This document shows, piece by piece, positions 1 to 9,752 of a DNA stretch of 37,509 nt; within the stretch, counting starts at the first letter, position 1, and each line of letters starts with the position of its first letter. This DNA is from Giesbergeria sp. (GTDB lineage Bacteria; Pseudomonadota; Gammaproteobacteria; Burkholderiales; Burkholderiaceae_C), in NCBI GenBank assembly GCA_049291355.1, contig JBATPF010000323.1:1-37509 (forward strand), given 5' to 3'. The notes beneath the pieces are model-generated. The model was given only the letters and a program-made list of their open reading frames with translations, was not told where the DNA came from and searched no databases. The position numbers and the translations under genes are program-made.

Positions 1-132
1 GGGTTGGGCCCCAGCGCCTTGCGCCGTCGACGCAGCGGCAGGCGTCGCTGCGGCAGACTGCGGCGCAGCGTGCGCTCCGCGGTCGGTAGAAATTTGCGAA
101 AGCGTTGTGACTTCGTCGTCCCAGGTCAGCAT
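1..132 (-). CDS. nrdB: Ribonucleotide reductase class Ia beta subunit, N-terminal fragment (truncated by window edge)
   Basis: Not in ORF track. ATG at 132 reads open to the edge: MLTWDDEVTTLSQISTDRGAHAAPQSAAATP..., an N-terminus typical of betaproteobacterial NrdB; lies directly downstream of nrdA on the same strand. Confidence 0.8.
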   Translation of the reverse strand, partial: MLTWDDEVTTLSQISTDRGAHAAPQSAAATPAAASTAQGAGAQP

Positions 133-254
133 GGTTTTTCCAGTGCTCGCATTATGAGAGCACTGCTCCGAAATGAAAAGCGCGCAAGCGCGGCGCGACG
201 CGGTTTCTGTTGCTTCACAGCACAAGAACAAACGGGGATGTGTGTTCACGGCAC

Positions 255-3140
255 CTACTGACAAGCCTCGCACTCGGGGTTGTCGATGGCGCAGAACGCA
301 ACGTCACTGCCAGGCACCGACACGTTCGCACCGGTCATCTCGTCTGCGTGGGTGACCACGGCGTTGAGTTGGCGCGAGTGCACGGTGCTCATCTCCACAT
401 GCGTGGCCGACTGCGTGCGCAGGTAGTAGGTGGTCTTGAGGCCGCGGAGCCAGGCGAGCTTGTAGGTTTCATCAAGCGTCTTGCCAGAGGCTCCAGCCAT
501 GTAGATGTTCAAGCTCTGACCTTGGTCGATCCACTTCTGCCGGCGCGCGGCCGCTTCCACCAGCCAGCGCGGGGCGATCTCGAAGGCGGTCGCGTAGAGG
601 TCTTTGAGTTCCCGGGGTACGCGGTCAATGAACTGGAGCGAACCCTTGAAGTGTTTGAGGTCCATGAGCATCACTTCGTCCCAGATGCCCGCGCGCTGGA
701 GGTCTCGCACCAGCCCATGGTTGATGACGGTGAATTCGCCCGAGAGGTTGGATTTCACAGAAAGATTGCCAAAGCACGGTTCGATCGACGCGTCGACGCC
801 AATGATGTTGGAGATGGTGGCTGTCGGTGCGATCGCCACGCAGTTGGAATTGCGCATGCCGTCGCGCGCGATCTTGCTGCGCAGCGCCTCCCAGTCAAGG
901 CGGGATGAGCGGTCGACTTCGACATATCCGCCGCGTTCGTTCTTTAGCAAGTCGAGCGTGTCGAGCGGAAGAATTCCGCGATCCCAGAGCGACCCCTTGA
1001 AACTGCTGTATCGGCCCCGCTCCACTGCCAGGTTCGACGAGGACTCGTAGGCGTAGTAACACAGTGCTTCGGTCGATGTGTCGGCAAACAACACGGCCTT
1101 CTCAGAGGCGTACGGAATGCGCAGCGCGTACAACGCGTCCTGGAAACCCATAAGGCCCAGGCCGACCGGGCGGTGGCGCAGATTGGCGTCACGTGCCTTC
1201 TTGACTGCGTAATAGTTGATGTCGATGACGTTGTCGAGCATGCGCATCGCAGTGGTCACGGTGCGGCGCAGCTTCGCATGGTCCAGTGCCAGAAGGCCTT
1301 GCTCATCCCGCGCGAGGTGATTGAGCAGGTTCACGGAACCCAGGTTGCAGACCGCGGTTTCGGTGTCACTGGTGTTGAGCGTGATCTCGGTGCACAGATT
1401 GCTGGAATGCACGACGCCAGCGTGCTGCTGCGGGGACCGCAAGTTGCAGGCGTCCTTGAACGTGATCCAGGGATGGCCTGTTTCGAACAGCATGGTCAGC
1501 ATTTTTCGCCACAGATCGGAGGCCTCCACAGATCGCGATTGGGCAATTTTTCCGCGTGCCGCTTGCGCTTCGTATTCGACATACGCCGCTTCGAATTCGG
1601 CACCGAAGAGATCGTGCAAATCCGGAACGTCGGAGGGCGAAAACAGTGTCCATCTTCCTTTCTCCAGCACGCGCCGCATGAACAGATCAGGGATCCAATG
1701 GGCGGTGTTCATGTCGTGCGTGCGGCGTCGGTCGTCGCCTGTGTTCTTTCGCAGATCCAGAAACTCTTCGATATCCAGGTGCCAGGTCTCCAGGTAAGCG
1801 CATACGGCGCCTTTGCGCTTTCCGCCCTGATTGACGGCGACGGCCGTGTCGTTCACCACCTTGAGAAAGGGCACCACGCCTTGCGACTCGCCATTGGTTC
1901 CCTGGATGTGGCTGCCGAGTGCACGCACGCGGGTCCAGTCGTTGCCCAAGCCCCCGGCGTACTTGGAAAGCAGGGCGTTTTCCTTGATCGATTCGTATAT
2001 GCCATCGAGATCGTCCGGAACTGTGGTCAGGTAGCAACTGGAGAGCTGTGAGCGACGGGTTCCGCTGTTGAACAAGGTCGGTGTGCTCGACATGAAATCG
2101 AAGGCTGAAAGCAGTTCGTAGAACTCGATGGCGCGTGCTTCCCGATCCACTTCGTTCAGTGACAGTCCCATGGCCACCCGCATGAAAAAGCTTTGCGGCA
2201 TTTCGATGCGACGCTTCTGTACGTGCAAAAAGTAACGGTCGTACAGGGTCTGCAGTCCGAGATAGTCGAACTGCAGATCACGCTCCGGGCGCAGCGCAGC
2301 CGCCAGTCGCTCCAGATCGAACTGCAACAGGCGCTCGTCCAGCAAGCCCTGGCTCACGCCCTCGCGCAGGCGCTCGGAAAACGCTTGGCGATAGCTGCCA
2401 TCGTGCTGATCGGTGGACATTTCCGTACCCAACACCTCGCATGCAATGGTGTGCAGCAGCAGGCGTGCCGTCGCGTAGCTGTAGTCCGGGTGTTCTTCGA
2501 TCCTTGTGCGAGCGGCAAGAATCGCAGCCTTGAAGACTTCGTCGAGCGCAATGCCATCGTAGAGGTTGCGCAAGGTCTCCTGCACGATGGACTCTGCGGC
2601 GACGTGATCGCCCAGGCCAGCGCAGCTGGCGTCGACCAGTGCGCGGAGTTCGCGCATGTCCAGGGGCACGCGTTCACCGCTGTGCAGGACATGCAGTACT
2701 GGGGCGCCAGCCTGTCCCTGTACAGGGTGCTGGCGGGCTCTTTCCTGGGCGCGCCGCTCGCGGTAAAGCACATAGGCGCGCGCGATGTCGTGCTGCTCTG
2801 CGCGCATCAGACCCAGCTCAACCTGGTCCTGCACGTCCTCGATAGGGAAGGTGCCGCCGCTGGGGCGTGAACGCAGCAGCGCGCGCACCACGGTCTGGGT
2901 CAGTGCTTCTACCGACTCGCGAATGCTGGCCGATGCGGCGCTCTGCGTGCCGCGCACGGCCAAAAAGGCCTTCAGCAAGGCCACCGTGATTTTCTGCGGT
3001 TCGAAAGGCACAACGGAACCGTTGCGGCGAATGATTTGATAGTGCGCCAAGGCATGCGGAGGTCCTTGCCGAACAGGCTCGCTGGAGGACAGAACCGGCG
3101 GCATCTGGCCAAGGAAAGACACGGAGAGAGTAGGTTGCAT
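255..3140 (-). CDS. nrdA: Ribonucleoside-diphosphate reductase class Ia alpha subunit with two N-terminal ATP cones
   Basis: Motifs TPTLFNSG, LSSCY, GGKRKGA, SNLCTEI, APTATIS, KTTYYLRT and C-terminal CEAC. ATG at 3140 preferred over the track TTG at 3176, which falls inside an NrdR box. Confidence 0.97.
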   Translation of the reverse strand: MQPTLSVSFLGQMPPVLSSSEPVRQGPPHALAHYQIIRRNGSVVPFEPQKITVALLKAFLAVRGTQSAASASIRESVEALTQTVVRALLRSRPSGGTFPIEDVQDQVELGLMRAEQHDIARAYVLYRERRAQERARQHPVQGQAGAPVLHVLHSGERVPLDMRELRALVDASCAGLGDHVAAESIVQETLRNLYDGIALDEVFKAAILAARTRIEEHPDYSYATARLLLHTIACEVLGTEMSTDQHDGSYRQAFSERLREGVSQGLLDERLLQFDLERLAAALRPERDLQFDYLGLQTLYDRYFLHVQKRRIEMPQSFFMRVAMGLSLNEVDREARAIEFYELLSAFDFMSSTPTLFNSGTRRSQLSSCYLTTVPDDLDGIYESIKENALLSKYAGGLGNDWTRVRALGSHIQGTNGESQGVVPFLKVVNDTAVAVNQGGKRKGAVCAYLETWHLDIEEFLDLRKNTGDDRRRTHDMNTAHWIPDLFMRRVLEKGRWTLFSPSDVPDLHDLFGAEFEAAYVEYEAQAARGKIAQSRSVEASDLWRKMLTMLFETGHPWITFKDACNLRSPQQHAGVVHSSNLCTEITLNTSDTETAVCNLGSVNLLNHLARDEQGLLALDHAKLRRTVTTAMRMLDNVIDINYYAVKKARDANLRHRPVGLGLMGFQDALYALRIPYASEKAVLFADTSTEALCYYAYESSSNLAVERGRYSSFKGSLWDRGILPLDTLDLLKNERGGYVEVDRSSRLDWEALRSKIARDGMRNSNCVAIAPTATISNIIGVDASIEPCFGNLSVKSNLSGEFTVINHGLVRDLQRAGIWDEVMLMDLKHFKGSLQFIDRVPRELKDLYATAFEIAPRWLVEAAARRQKWIDQGQSLNIYMAGASGKTLDETYKLAWLRGLKTTYYLRTQSATHVEMSTVHSRQLNAVVTHADEMTGANVSVPGSDVAFCAIDNPECEACQ

Positions 3141-3173
3141 GGGGTGGGAGTCCAAAGAAATTGACACGGCATG

Positions 3174-3189
3174 CAACTGTATCTAGTGT
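3174..3189. promoter_or_regulatory. NrdR box (proximal)
   Basis: Minus strand ACACTAGATACAGTTG matches consensus acaCwAtATaTwGtgt; upstream of nrdA, 32 bp from a second box. Confidence 0.85.
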
Positions 3190-3205
3190 TGAAAATAAGT
3201 TCAAC

Positions 3206-3221
3206 ACACTAAATGTAGTGT
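3206..3221. promoter_or_regulatory. NrdR box (distal)
   Basis: ACACTAAATGTAGTGT, near-palindromic match to the NrdR consensus; 32-bp spacing (about three helical turns) is typical of NrdR operators. Confidence 0.9.
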
Positions 3222-3360
3222 TTAGCAAAATAGTAGATCCACTCCGAAGGAATATTCCTCAGATCAGGCACTGAGACTTGCGGCGCATTGCGGCCGCAAG
3301 ACGTCATGCGCTTTTCCAACGGGTTTGGCCCGCGAAGCCACGCGGCGCCTGCAAGATGCC

Positions 3361-3369
3361 TGTGGAAAA
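3361..3369 (-). promoter_or_regulatory. Putative DnaA box upstream of nrdA
   Basis: Minus strand TTTTCCACA fits TTWTNCACA; DnaA regulates nrdAB in E. coli. A single 9-mer could be chance. Confidence 0.4.
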
Positions 3370-3397
3370 AAGATTTCGTGGGCCCGCCGCCCGCCGG

Positions 3398-3982
3398 TCA
3401 GCGTGCTGGGAAGTGAATGCCGGGCAGGCGGAGCCCTTGCTGGAACTGGGCCCAATCGAACGCAGCACCGGGGTCCCCCTTGCGGCCGGGGGCGATGTGT
3501 TCGTGCCCAGCAACAAAGGCAATGGGATAGCGCTGGGCAAGCGCCTGGCACAGCCGCGTGAGCGCTGCATATTGGGCGGGCTCGAAGGCTTCGCCCTCCA
3601 GGCCTTCGAGCTCTATGCCGATCGAATCGTCATTGCATCGATTGCGGCCGCGGTAGTGTGATTCGCCCGCGTGCCAGGCGCGTTGATCACAGCCGACAAA
3701 CTGCACCACAGCGCCCGAGCGTCTGACAAAAAAATGGGCAGAAACGCGCAGACCGCGCAAGCGCTCGAAGTAGGGGTGGGAAGCACAGTCGAGTGTGCCA
3801 AGAAACAGGGCCGGCACTTCGTCCCCTCCATATTGCCCTGGGGGCAGGCTGATGGAGTGCACCACGATCAGATCGGTCTGTGCATCCGCTGGTCGGGGGT
3901 CGCAATGGGGCGATGCCAGGGCGATGGCAGGGCGGTACCAGTCGTCCTGCCAGACGGGGCCCTCAGACGTCCTCGTCGGCAT
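3398..3982 (-). CDS. ampD: 1,6-anhydro-N-acetylmuramyl-L-alanine amidase AmpD
   Basis: [54 protein letters not shown]. Start set at ATG 3982 (MPTRTS...), overlapping the pilR stop; the track extension to 4285 lies inside pilR. Confidence 0.95.
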   Translation of the reverse strand: MPTRTSEGPVWQDDWYRPAIALASPHCDPRPADAQTDLIVVHSISLPPGQYGGDEVPALFLGTLDCASHPYFERLRGLRVSAHFFVRRSGAVVQFVGCDQRAWHAGESHYRGRNRCNDDSIGIELEGLEGEAFEPAQYAALTRLCQALAQRYPIAFVAGHEHIAPGRKGDPGAAFDWAQFQQGLRLPGIHFPAR

Positions 3983-5429
3983 GGTTGTCGCCCGGCGCGC
4001 TGATGTTGAGTCGTGCAATGCGATAGCGAATCTGGCGCAGGCTGATGCCCAGGCGGGCTGCGGTCGCGGTGCGGTTGAAATGGTTTTCTTGCAGCGCGCG
4101 AACGAGAATGCCGCGTTCTTGCTGGTCCAGCCAACCCTGCAGGTCGCGAGGCAGGGGTTCGGGCGCAAAGGGTGCGGAAAGAGCGGGGGCATCCGGCGCT
4201 GGGGTCGCTGCAAGGGCGGCGGGCAGGGGCGAGACGCTGGATACCGCGCAGTCCACATGCAATTCGTTGCCGTCGCCGAGTGCAACCGCTCGGTGCAGCA
4301 GGTTTTCCAGTTCGCGCACGTTGCCGGTCAGTGGATGGGCTGCGATGGCTTGCACCATGGAATCGGTCAACTCGGGTGCAGTCGTCCCCGATTCATGGGC
4401 GATGCGTGTCAGCAGGGCGCGGCACAGCGCGGGAAGGTCTTCGCGGCGCTCGCGCAGCGGGGGAATCACCACCTCGATGACGTTGAGGCGGTAGTAGAGA
4501 TCTTGCCGGAAACGCCCCGCCTGCACGTCGGCCGCCAAGTCGCGGTGGGTGGCGCTCACGATGCGCACATCCACCGGCTCTTCTTGCGTGGCGCCGAGCG
4601 GGCGTACGCTGCGCTCCTGGATCGCGCGCAGCAATTTGGATTGCATGGCCAGCGGCAGGTCGCCAATTTCATCAAGAAACAGGGTGCCGCCTTGTGCGGC
4701 TTGAAAATAGCCTGCGCGGTCTTGGGTGGCGCCGGTGTAGGAGCCTTTGCGCGCGCCAAAGAACTCGGCTTCCAGCAGGGCTTCGGGGATCGCACCGCAG
4801 TTGACAGCAATCAACGGCCCAGCGGCGCGCTGGCTGTTTTCATGCAGGGCGCGCGCTACCAGCTCTTTGCCGGTACCAGACTCGCCACGCACCAGCACGG
4901 GCGCCATGCCACGGGCCACCTTGGTCACGCGCTGCTTGACGTTGCGCATGGCTTCGGACTCGCCCACCAGGCGCTCCAGTGCAGTGCCGCCGACGCGGCT
5001 GGCTGGGCCTGGCGCACCTGGCCTTCCCGCCACAGCGCGCGGTGGCTGGACGCCCTCGGTCCCCTGAACTGCAGAGGCCACTACTGCGCGGAACTGTTTG
5101 AGATCCACCGGTTTGGTCAGGTAGTCGAACGCACCGGCGCGCAAGGCCTCCACGGCATTCTCGGCAGAGCCGTAAGCGGTCATCACCAAGCAGCGCTCGG
5201 GACGCTGCTGTTGGCGCAGATCGTGCAGCAGCTCCATGCCAAAGCCATCGGGCAAACGCATGTCGGTAATGACCACATCGTAGCGGTGGCCTGCAAGCAA
5301 CTCCCGCGCTTGCGCTACGGTGCCGGCCGTGTCGATGCGGTAACCCTCGCGCAGCAGCGTCAGTTCATACAGCGTGCGCAGGTCGGGCTCGTCGTCAACC
5401 ACCAAAACGGAAGCGGGCTGGGAGTTCAT
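3963..5429 (-). CDS. pilR: Sigma54-dependent response regulator PilR (REC-AAA+-Fis HTH)
   Basis: REC ([13 protein letters not shown]), Walker [15 protein letters not shown] loop, [24 protein letters not shown] and [22 protein letters not shown]; follows a PilS-like kinase. Start at ATG 5429 (MNSQP). Confidence 0.88.
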   Translation of the reverse strand: MNSQPASVLVVDDEPDLRTLYELTLLREGYRIDTAGTVAQARELLAGHRYDVVITDMRLPDGFGMELLHDLRQQQRPERCLVMTAYGSAENAVEALRAGAFDYLTKPVDLKQFRAVVASAVQGTEGVQPPRAVAGRPGAPGPASRVGGTALERLVGESEAMRNVKQRVTKVARGMAPVLVRGESGTGKELVARALHENSQRAAGPLIAVNCGAIPEALLEAEFFGARKGSYTGATQDRAGYFQAAQGGTLFLDEIGDLPLAMQSKLLRAIQERSVRPLGATQEEPVDVRIVSATHRDLAADVQAGRFRQDLYYRLNVIEVVIPPLRERREDLPALCRALLTRIAHESGTTAPELTDSMVQAIAAHPLTGNVRELENLLHRAVALGDGNELHVDCAVSSVSPLPAALAATPAPDAPALSAPFAPEPLPRDLQGWLDQQERGILVRALQENHFNRTATAARLGISLRQIRYRIARLNISAPGDNHADEDV

Positions 5430-5443
5430 CAAGTAGGAGGGGA

Positions 5444-7174
5444 TCAAACCACAACGGTATCAAAAAGAGAGGCATCCGGTGAGGGCAGGATACCGGTACT
5501 GCGAAAGCGAACGGTAAATGCATTGCCGCTGCATTCGCTCTCGGCAACATGGCGTTGCAGGCGCTGGTAGCCGATGCTGGCCCCGTGGCGCTCGCACAAG
5601 CCGCGGCAGATGTACAAGCCGAGCCCGCTGGAGCGGCTCTCTGAAGAAAAAAACGGCTCGAACAAATGCCGCTCGACCGATTGGTCCATGGGCGGGCCAT
5701 TGCTCCAGACCTGCACGCTGGCTTGCCCAGGCGATTCCATGCGCGTGTGCAATTGCAGCGAATCCGATGCACCTGAGCGATAGCGCAAGGCGTTGTCCAG
5801 CAGGTTCACCAAGACACGGCGCAAATGCTCGGCGTCAAACTCGACTTGCATGGCCGGTGCGCCCAGGCGCAGCAAACCCTGTCGCTGCGAGGGCGCGTGG
5901 GCTTGCCAATCGCGCCAGATCTGAGCTACCGATTCGTCAAGCGCCAAGGTCGCGGCGGGCGCATGGTCCATCTGGTGCTGTACGCGGGCGATGTCGAGGA
6001 TTTCCTCGGCAATATGCGCCAGCCGGTCGGCATTCTGTCCAATCATCTGCGCAAGGCGCTTCTGGGAGGGTTCGTGCAAGTCCTCGTCCAGCAGCGCATT
6101 GGCCTGCACGATGGCAGCCAGCGGGTTGCGGATTTCGTGCGCCACAGCGGCCGACATGCGGCCCATGGCTGCGAGCTTTTCTGTCCGCAGGCGGGCTTCG
6201 AGTTCGCGCAAGTCGTGCAAAAACATCACGCACAGGCGCTGTCCGGGTGCATCGGAGCCGGACATTAGCGGAGCCGTCAGCCAGGTCCGCACATGCAGAC
6301 CGATGGGGCTCTGGGATTCGCTGATCAGGTTGATATCCGCCACCTGCGGTTCGTTTTGTCGGAAACTGCGCCTCGCCAGCGCCGCAAGCGCTTGCCAGGC
6401 GGGCCGTGCCTGCAACAGGAATGGTGGGCTCAGACTGGATTGGGAGCCCAGCATCACCAGGGCCGCAGGATTGGCGGTGCGCACCTCGAACCCTTCGTCC
6501 ACCACCAGCACTCCTTCAGTAAGGTTCTGGATGACCAACTCGCTGACCTGGCTCTGCACCAGGGCGGTCGCCTGGCTGCTTTGGGCAATGTGCTGCTCCC
6601 TCACCAGGCGCAGCGCCAACTGCTGCACCATGAACGCGACGATGAAGTAGCCAGTGCCTGTCAGCGCTGCCTGCAACGAGCGCTGCGTAGCCTCGCTGCC
6701 ACTGGGGTCGCCAAACCACCAGGCCCATGCCAGCAGCAGCAGCGTGACGGCCGCAGTGGTTCCCATGGCCAGCGTGAGCGTGCCCAGCACCGAAGCCATG
6801 AGGATGGGCAGGCCGAACAAGGGCGTGAAGCTCATGCTGCCGTTGTGCAGAAGCTGCAGTGCGCAAACCAAGGCCAGATCGACGCCGATGGAGGGCAGCC
6901 AGTGCACGCCGGTTTCTGGCGAAGGGGCCACTTTGCCGGAAACCAGGCGCACGGCCATGGTGGCGCCCAGATACAGAACACACACCAGAACCACCACCAG
7001 TTCCGCGTTCTGGTTGAGCATCTGACTGGCGAGCTGGAGCGTCAGCAACGCCAGTGCCACCACTACCCGCCCAGTCAGGAAGCCTTGCCACAAACGCAGA
7101 AAGGCCGCGTCCTGCCCAGCCCCTCGGCGGCGAGGGGGCGTCGGTGTGCTGGGCCGCCCGGCGTCAGCGGCCAT
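5444..7174 (-). CDS. pilS: Membrane sensor histidine kinase PilS
   Basis: About six N-terminal TM segments, PAS-like region, H-box AHEIRNPL, N-box [20 protein letters not shown]; paired with pilR. Confidence 0.85.
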   Translation of the reverse strand: MAADAGRPSTPTPPRRRGAGQDAAFLRLWQGFLTGRVVVALALLTLQLASQMLNQNAELVVVLVCVLYLGATMAVRLVSGKVAPSPETGVHWLPSIGVDLALVCALQLLHNGSMSFTPLFGLPILMASVLGTLTLAMGTTAAVTLLLLAWAWWFGDPSGSEATQRSLQAALTGTGYFIVAFMVQQLALRLVREQHIAQSSQATALVQSQVSELVIQNLTEGVLVVDEGFEVRTANPAALVMLGSQSSLSPPFLLQARPAWQALAALARRSFRQNEPQVADINLISESQSPIGLHVRTWLTAPLMSGSDAPGQRLCVMFLHDLRELEARLRTEKLAAMGRMSAAVAHEIRNPLAAIVQANALLDEDLHEPSQKRLAQMIGQNADRLAHIAEEILDIARVQHQMDHAPAATLALDESVAQIWRDWQAHAPSQRQGLLRLGAPAMQVEFDAEHLRRVLVNLLDNALRYRSGASDSLQLHTRMESPGQASVQVWSNGPPMDQSVERHLFEPFFSSESRSSGLGLYICRGLCERHGASIGYQRLQRHVAESECSGNAFTVRFRSTGILPSPDASLFDTVVV

Positions 7175-7388
7175 CTTGTTGCTGGTGCTCGCGGCAGCAA
7201 TAGCTGCGTCCGTCGCTCAACCAGGCGTCACCGCGTGGCACGTGCACACCGCAACGCGCACAGGCCAGCATGTCCTGCGGCGCCGGCAAAGACCGGGCTT
7301 GCGGGCGCGGTGGATCTTTTTCCACCCGCTTGCCGCGCCAAACGAGGTACGCCACGAACAAGACTGCCAGCAGAACAAGAAACTTCAT
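7164..7388 (-). CDS. PP0621-family small membrane-anchored Zn-finger protein (74 aa)
   Basis: MKFLVLLAVLFVAYLVWR TM then CARCGVHVP...YCCREH; ATG 7388 overlaps the ypjD stop (ATGA). The track ORF 7164..7967 is over-extended. Confidence 0.85.
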   Translation of the reverse strand: MKFLVLLAVLFVAYLVWRGKRVEKDPPRPQARSLPAPQDMLACARCGVHVPRGDAWLSDGRSYCCREHQQQDGR

Positions 7389-8182
7389 GGTGCCCGCCCC
7401 AGAACGACTTCCAGCGCAAAACGTGAACCCACGTACGCCAGCAGCAGCAGAACGGCGCCTGCGTACAGCACGCGCACGGCGCTGCGCCCGCGCCAGCCAA
7501 AGCGTCGGCGCCCAAGGAGCAGGGCGGCAAAGGTCAGCCACGAGAGGACCGAAAACACCGCCTTGTGATCCCAGCGCCAGGCGCGGCCATAGAGCGCTTC
7601 GCTGAACAGGACGCCGGCGATCAGCGTCGCGGTCAGCAGCACGAAGCCTGCCGTAACAAAGCGAAAAGTGAGGCGCTCGAGCGTCAGAAGCGGCATGCCG
7701 CTCTGGGTATCTTCCGCCAGGCGAAGGCGCTTTTCCGCGCGGGTCATCAGCGCCGCATGAACGACCGCAGCGCCGAACAGGCCATAGGCCGAAATCCCCA
7801 GCGCCAGATGCAGCGGCAGCCAGGCGCTTGCGCTGACTTGCAGCGGCTGCCCAGGGAACGCCAGTGCCAGCAGTACCGTCAGCGCCCCCAACGCAGCCAG
7901 CACCCAGCGGGTGCGCAACTTGGGAAACAGCTCGCGCTCGATCCCGTACACCGTCAGTACCAGCCAAGCCGTCACCGACAAGGCCGGTGCAAAACCAAAG
8001 CGTGGGGCGTTCTGCAGCATGCCTGCAGCCAGCATGGCGCCGTGCAGCGCCCAGGCCAGCCAGAGTGCCAGCCGCGCGCCAGTTTCGCCCAGACGTGACG
8101 CAAACGCTGCAGGCAACGCGTAGGCTGCTGCGGCCGCTATCCCCAGCAGCAAGGCGGAGGGAGAGCTACTAGCTAAAATCAT
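7385..8182 (-). CDS. ypjD: Cytochrome c assembly family inner membrane protein (YpjD/CcsA-like)
   Basis: About eight TM segments, PLHLALG, PLLTLERL, WRWDHKAVFS, GWRGR, AYVGSRF; divergent from ffh as in many proteobacteria. Confidence 0.85.
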   Translation of the reverse strand: MILASSSPSALLLGIAAAAAYALPAAFASRLGETGARLALWLAWALHGAMLAAGMLQNAPRFGFAPALSVTAWLVLTVYGIERELFPKLRTRWVLAALGALTVLLALAFPGQPLQVSASAWLPLHLALGISAYGLFGAAVVHAALMTRAEKRLRLAEDTQSGMPLLTLERLTFRFVTAGFVLLTATLIAGVLFSEALYGRAWRWDHKAVFSVLSWLTFAALLLGRRRFGWRGRSAVRVLYAGAVLLLLAYVGSRFALEVVLGRAP

Positions 8183-8265
8183 GGGCGCAGTTTACCTTTC
8201 GCTCAGGCACGCATCCTGGCGCCCTACCGCCCGCAGTTGCGGGCGCTTACCCGGAATTTCCCCAC

Positions 8266-9642
8266 ATGGCCTCCGCCCTTACTGACAAACTCACGCGCCT
8301 GGTGAAAGAGATGCGCGGCCAGGCCCGCATTACCGAATCGAACGTGCAGGATATGCTGCGCGAGGTCCGCATGGCGCTTCTGGAAGCCGACGTGGCGCTG
8401 CCCGTGGTGCGCGACTTCATTGCGCGCGTGAAGGAGAAGGCGCTGGGCCAGGACGTGCTGGGCTCGCTCAAGCCCGGTCAGGCGCTGGTGGGCATCGTCA
8501 ACCGCGAGCTTGCAGCCACCATGGGCGAAGGCGTGGCCGACATCAACCTCCATGCCCAGCCGCCGGCCGTCATCCTGATGGCCGGTTTGCAGGGCGCCGG
8601 CAAGACCACGACAACGGCCAAACTGGCCAAGCACCTGATCGAGAAGCGCAAGAAGAAGGTGCTCACCGTCTCTGGCGACGTTTACCGCCCAGCGGCCATT
8701 GAACAGCTCAAGACTGTCACGGCCCAGGCTGGCGCCGAATGGTTTCCGAGTACGCCTGACCAGAAACCGCTCGACATTGCCCTCGCTGCGCTTGATTACG
8801 CCAAGAAACACTACTTTGATGTGTTGCTGGTCGACACCGCTGGCCGCCTGGCCATTGACGAGCTGTTGATGCAGGAAATCAAGGACCTGCACGCTGCCAT
8901 CAAACCGGTGGAAACGCTGTTTGTGGTGGACGCCATGCAGGGCCAGGACGCCATCAACACGGCCAAGGCCTTCAAGGAGGCGCTGCCACTCACCGGCATC
9001 ATCCTGACCAAGCTCGACGGTGATTCGCGCGGCGGTGCGGCGCTGTCGGTGCGCCAGATCACGGGCGCTCCGATCAAGTTTGCCGGCGTTTCGGAAAAAC
9101 TCGACGGCTTGGAAGTGTTTGATGCCGAGCGCCACGCCGGCCGCATTCTGGGCATGGGCGACATCGTTGCCCTGGTCGAGCAGGTGTCGGCTGGTGTCGA
9201 CATGGAGGCCGCGCAGAAGCTCGCCGCCAAGGTGAAAAGCGGCGACGGCTTTGACCTCAACGACTTTCTGGGCCAGTTGCAGCAGATGAAGCAGATGGGC
9301 GGCTTGTCGAGTCTGATGGACAAGCTGCCCGCGCAGTTGATGGCCAAGGCCGGTGCGGTGGACATGGACCGCGCCGAGAAAGACATCAAACGCAAGGAAG
9401 GCATCATTCAAAGCATGACGCCCAAGGAGCGCGGCAAGCCCGAACTCATCAAGGCCACCCGCAAAAAGCGCATTGCCGGGGGCGCGGGTGTGCAGGTTCA
9501 GGAAGTCAACCGCCTGCTCAAGGAGTTCGAGCAGATGCAGGGCATGATGAAAAAGATGAAGGGCGGCGGCCTGATGAAGATGATGAAGAAAATGGGCGGC
9601 ATGAAGGGCATGGGCGGCGGCATGCCCAAGATGCCCTTCTAA
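8266..9642 (+). CDS. ffh: Signal recognition particle protein Ffh
   Basis: ALLEADV, GLQGAGKTT, DTAGR, TKLDGDSRGGAALS, RILGMGD and Met-rich M domain. Confidence 0.98.
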   Translation: MASALTDKLTRLVKEMRGQARITESNVQDMLREVRMALLEADVALPVVRDFIARVKEKALGQDVLGSLKPGQALVGIVNRELAATMGEGVADINLHAQPPAVILMAGLQGAGKTTTTAKLAKHLIEKRKKKVLTVSGDVYRPAAIEQLKTVTAQAGAEWFPSTPDQKPLDIALAALDYAKKHYFDVLLVDTAGRLAIDELLMQEIKDLHAAIKPVETLFVVDAMQGQDAINTAKAFKEALPLTGIILTKLDGDSRGGAALSVRQITGAPIKFAGVSEKLDGLEVFDAERHAGRILGMGDIVALVEQVSAGVDMEAAQKLAAKVKSGDGFDLNDFLGQLQQMKQMGGLSSLMDKLPAQLMAKAGAVDMDRAEKDIKRKEGIIQSMTPKERGKPELIKATRKKRIAGGAGVQVQEVNRLLKEFEQMQGMMKKMKGGGLMKMMKKMGGMKGMGGGMPKMPF

Positions 9643-9707
9643 ATTTTGAGTGTTTTAGGCCGCTAGCGCTTATTGGGTCAGCGCTAGCAGCTATAAAAAT
9701 AGAAGCA
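9643..9707 (+). repeat. Dispersed ~65-bp palindromic repeat, copy A
   Basis: Hairpin GCTAGCGCT(9662-9670)-N9-AGCGCTAGC(9680-9688) then GCT-N11-AGC (9690-9706); homologous to copies near 19100, 21662 and 24303. Confidence 0.85.
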
Positions 9708-9752
9708 AAACTGCACTTGGCCTGTTTGCGCTTCAGAAACACTTCCGATGTT

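Noticed and set aside
3266..3282. Sigma54 -24/-12-like GGCAC...TTGC
   Set aside because: GG-to-GC spacing is 11 rather than 10, and it points away from nrdA.
3795..5570. 591-aa plus-strand ORF and other long antisense ORFs (e.g. 8224..9411, 15200..16408, 24421..25638, 27618..28943)
   Set aside because: Shadow frames of well-supported genes, expected in high-GC DNA; no recognisable motifs.
9535..9640. Short ATGAAG/GGCGGC repeats at the ffh 3' end
   Set aside because: They encode the normal Met/Gly/Lys-rich Ffh tail.
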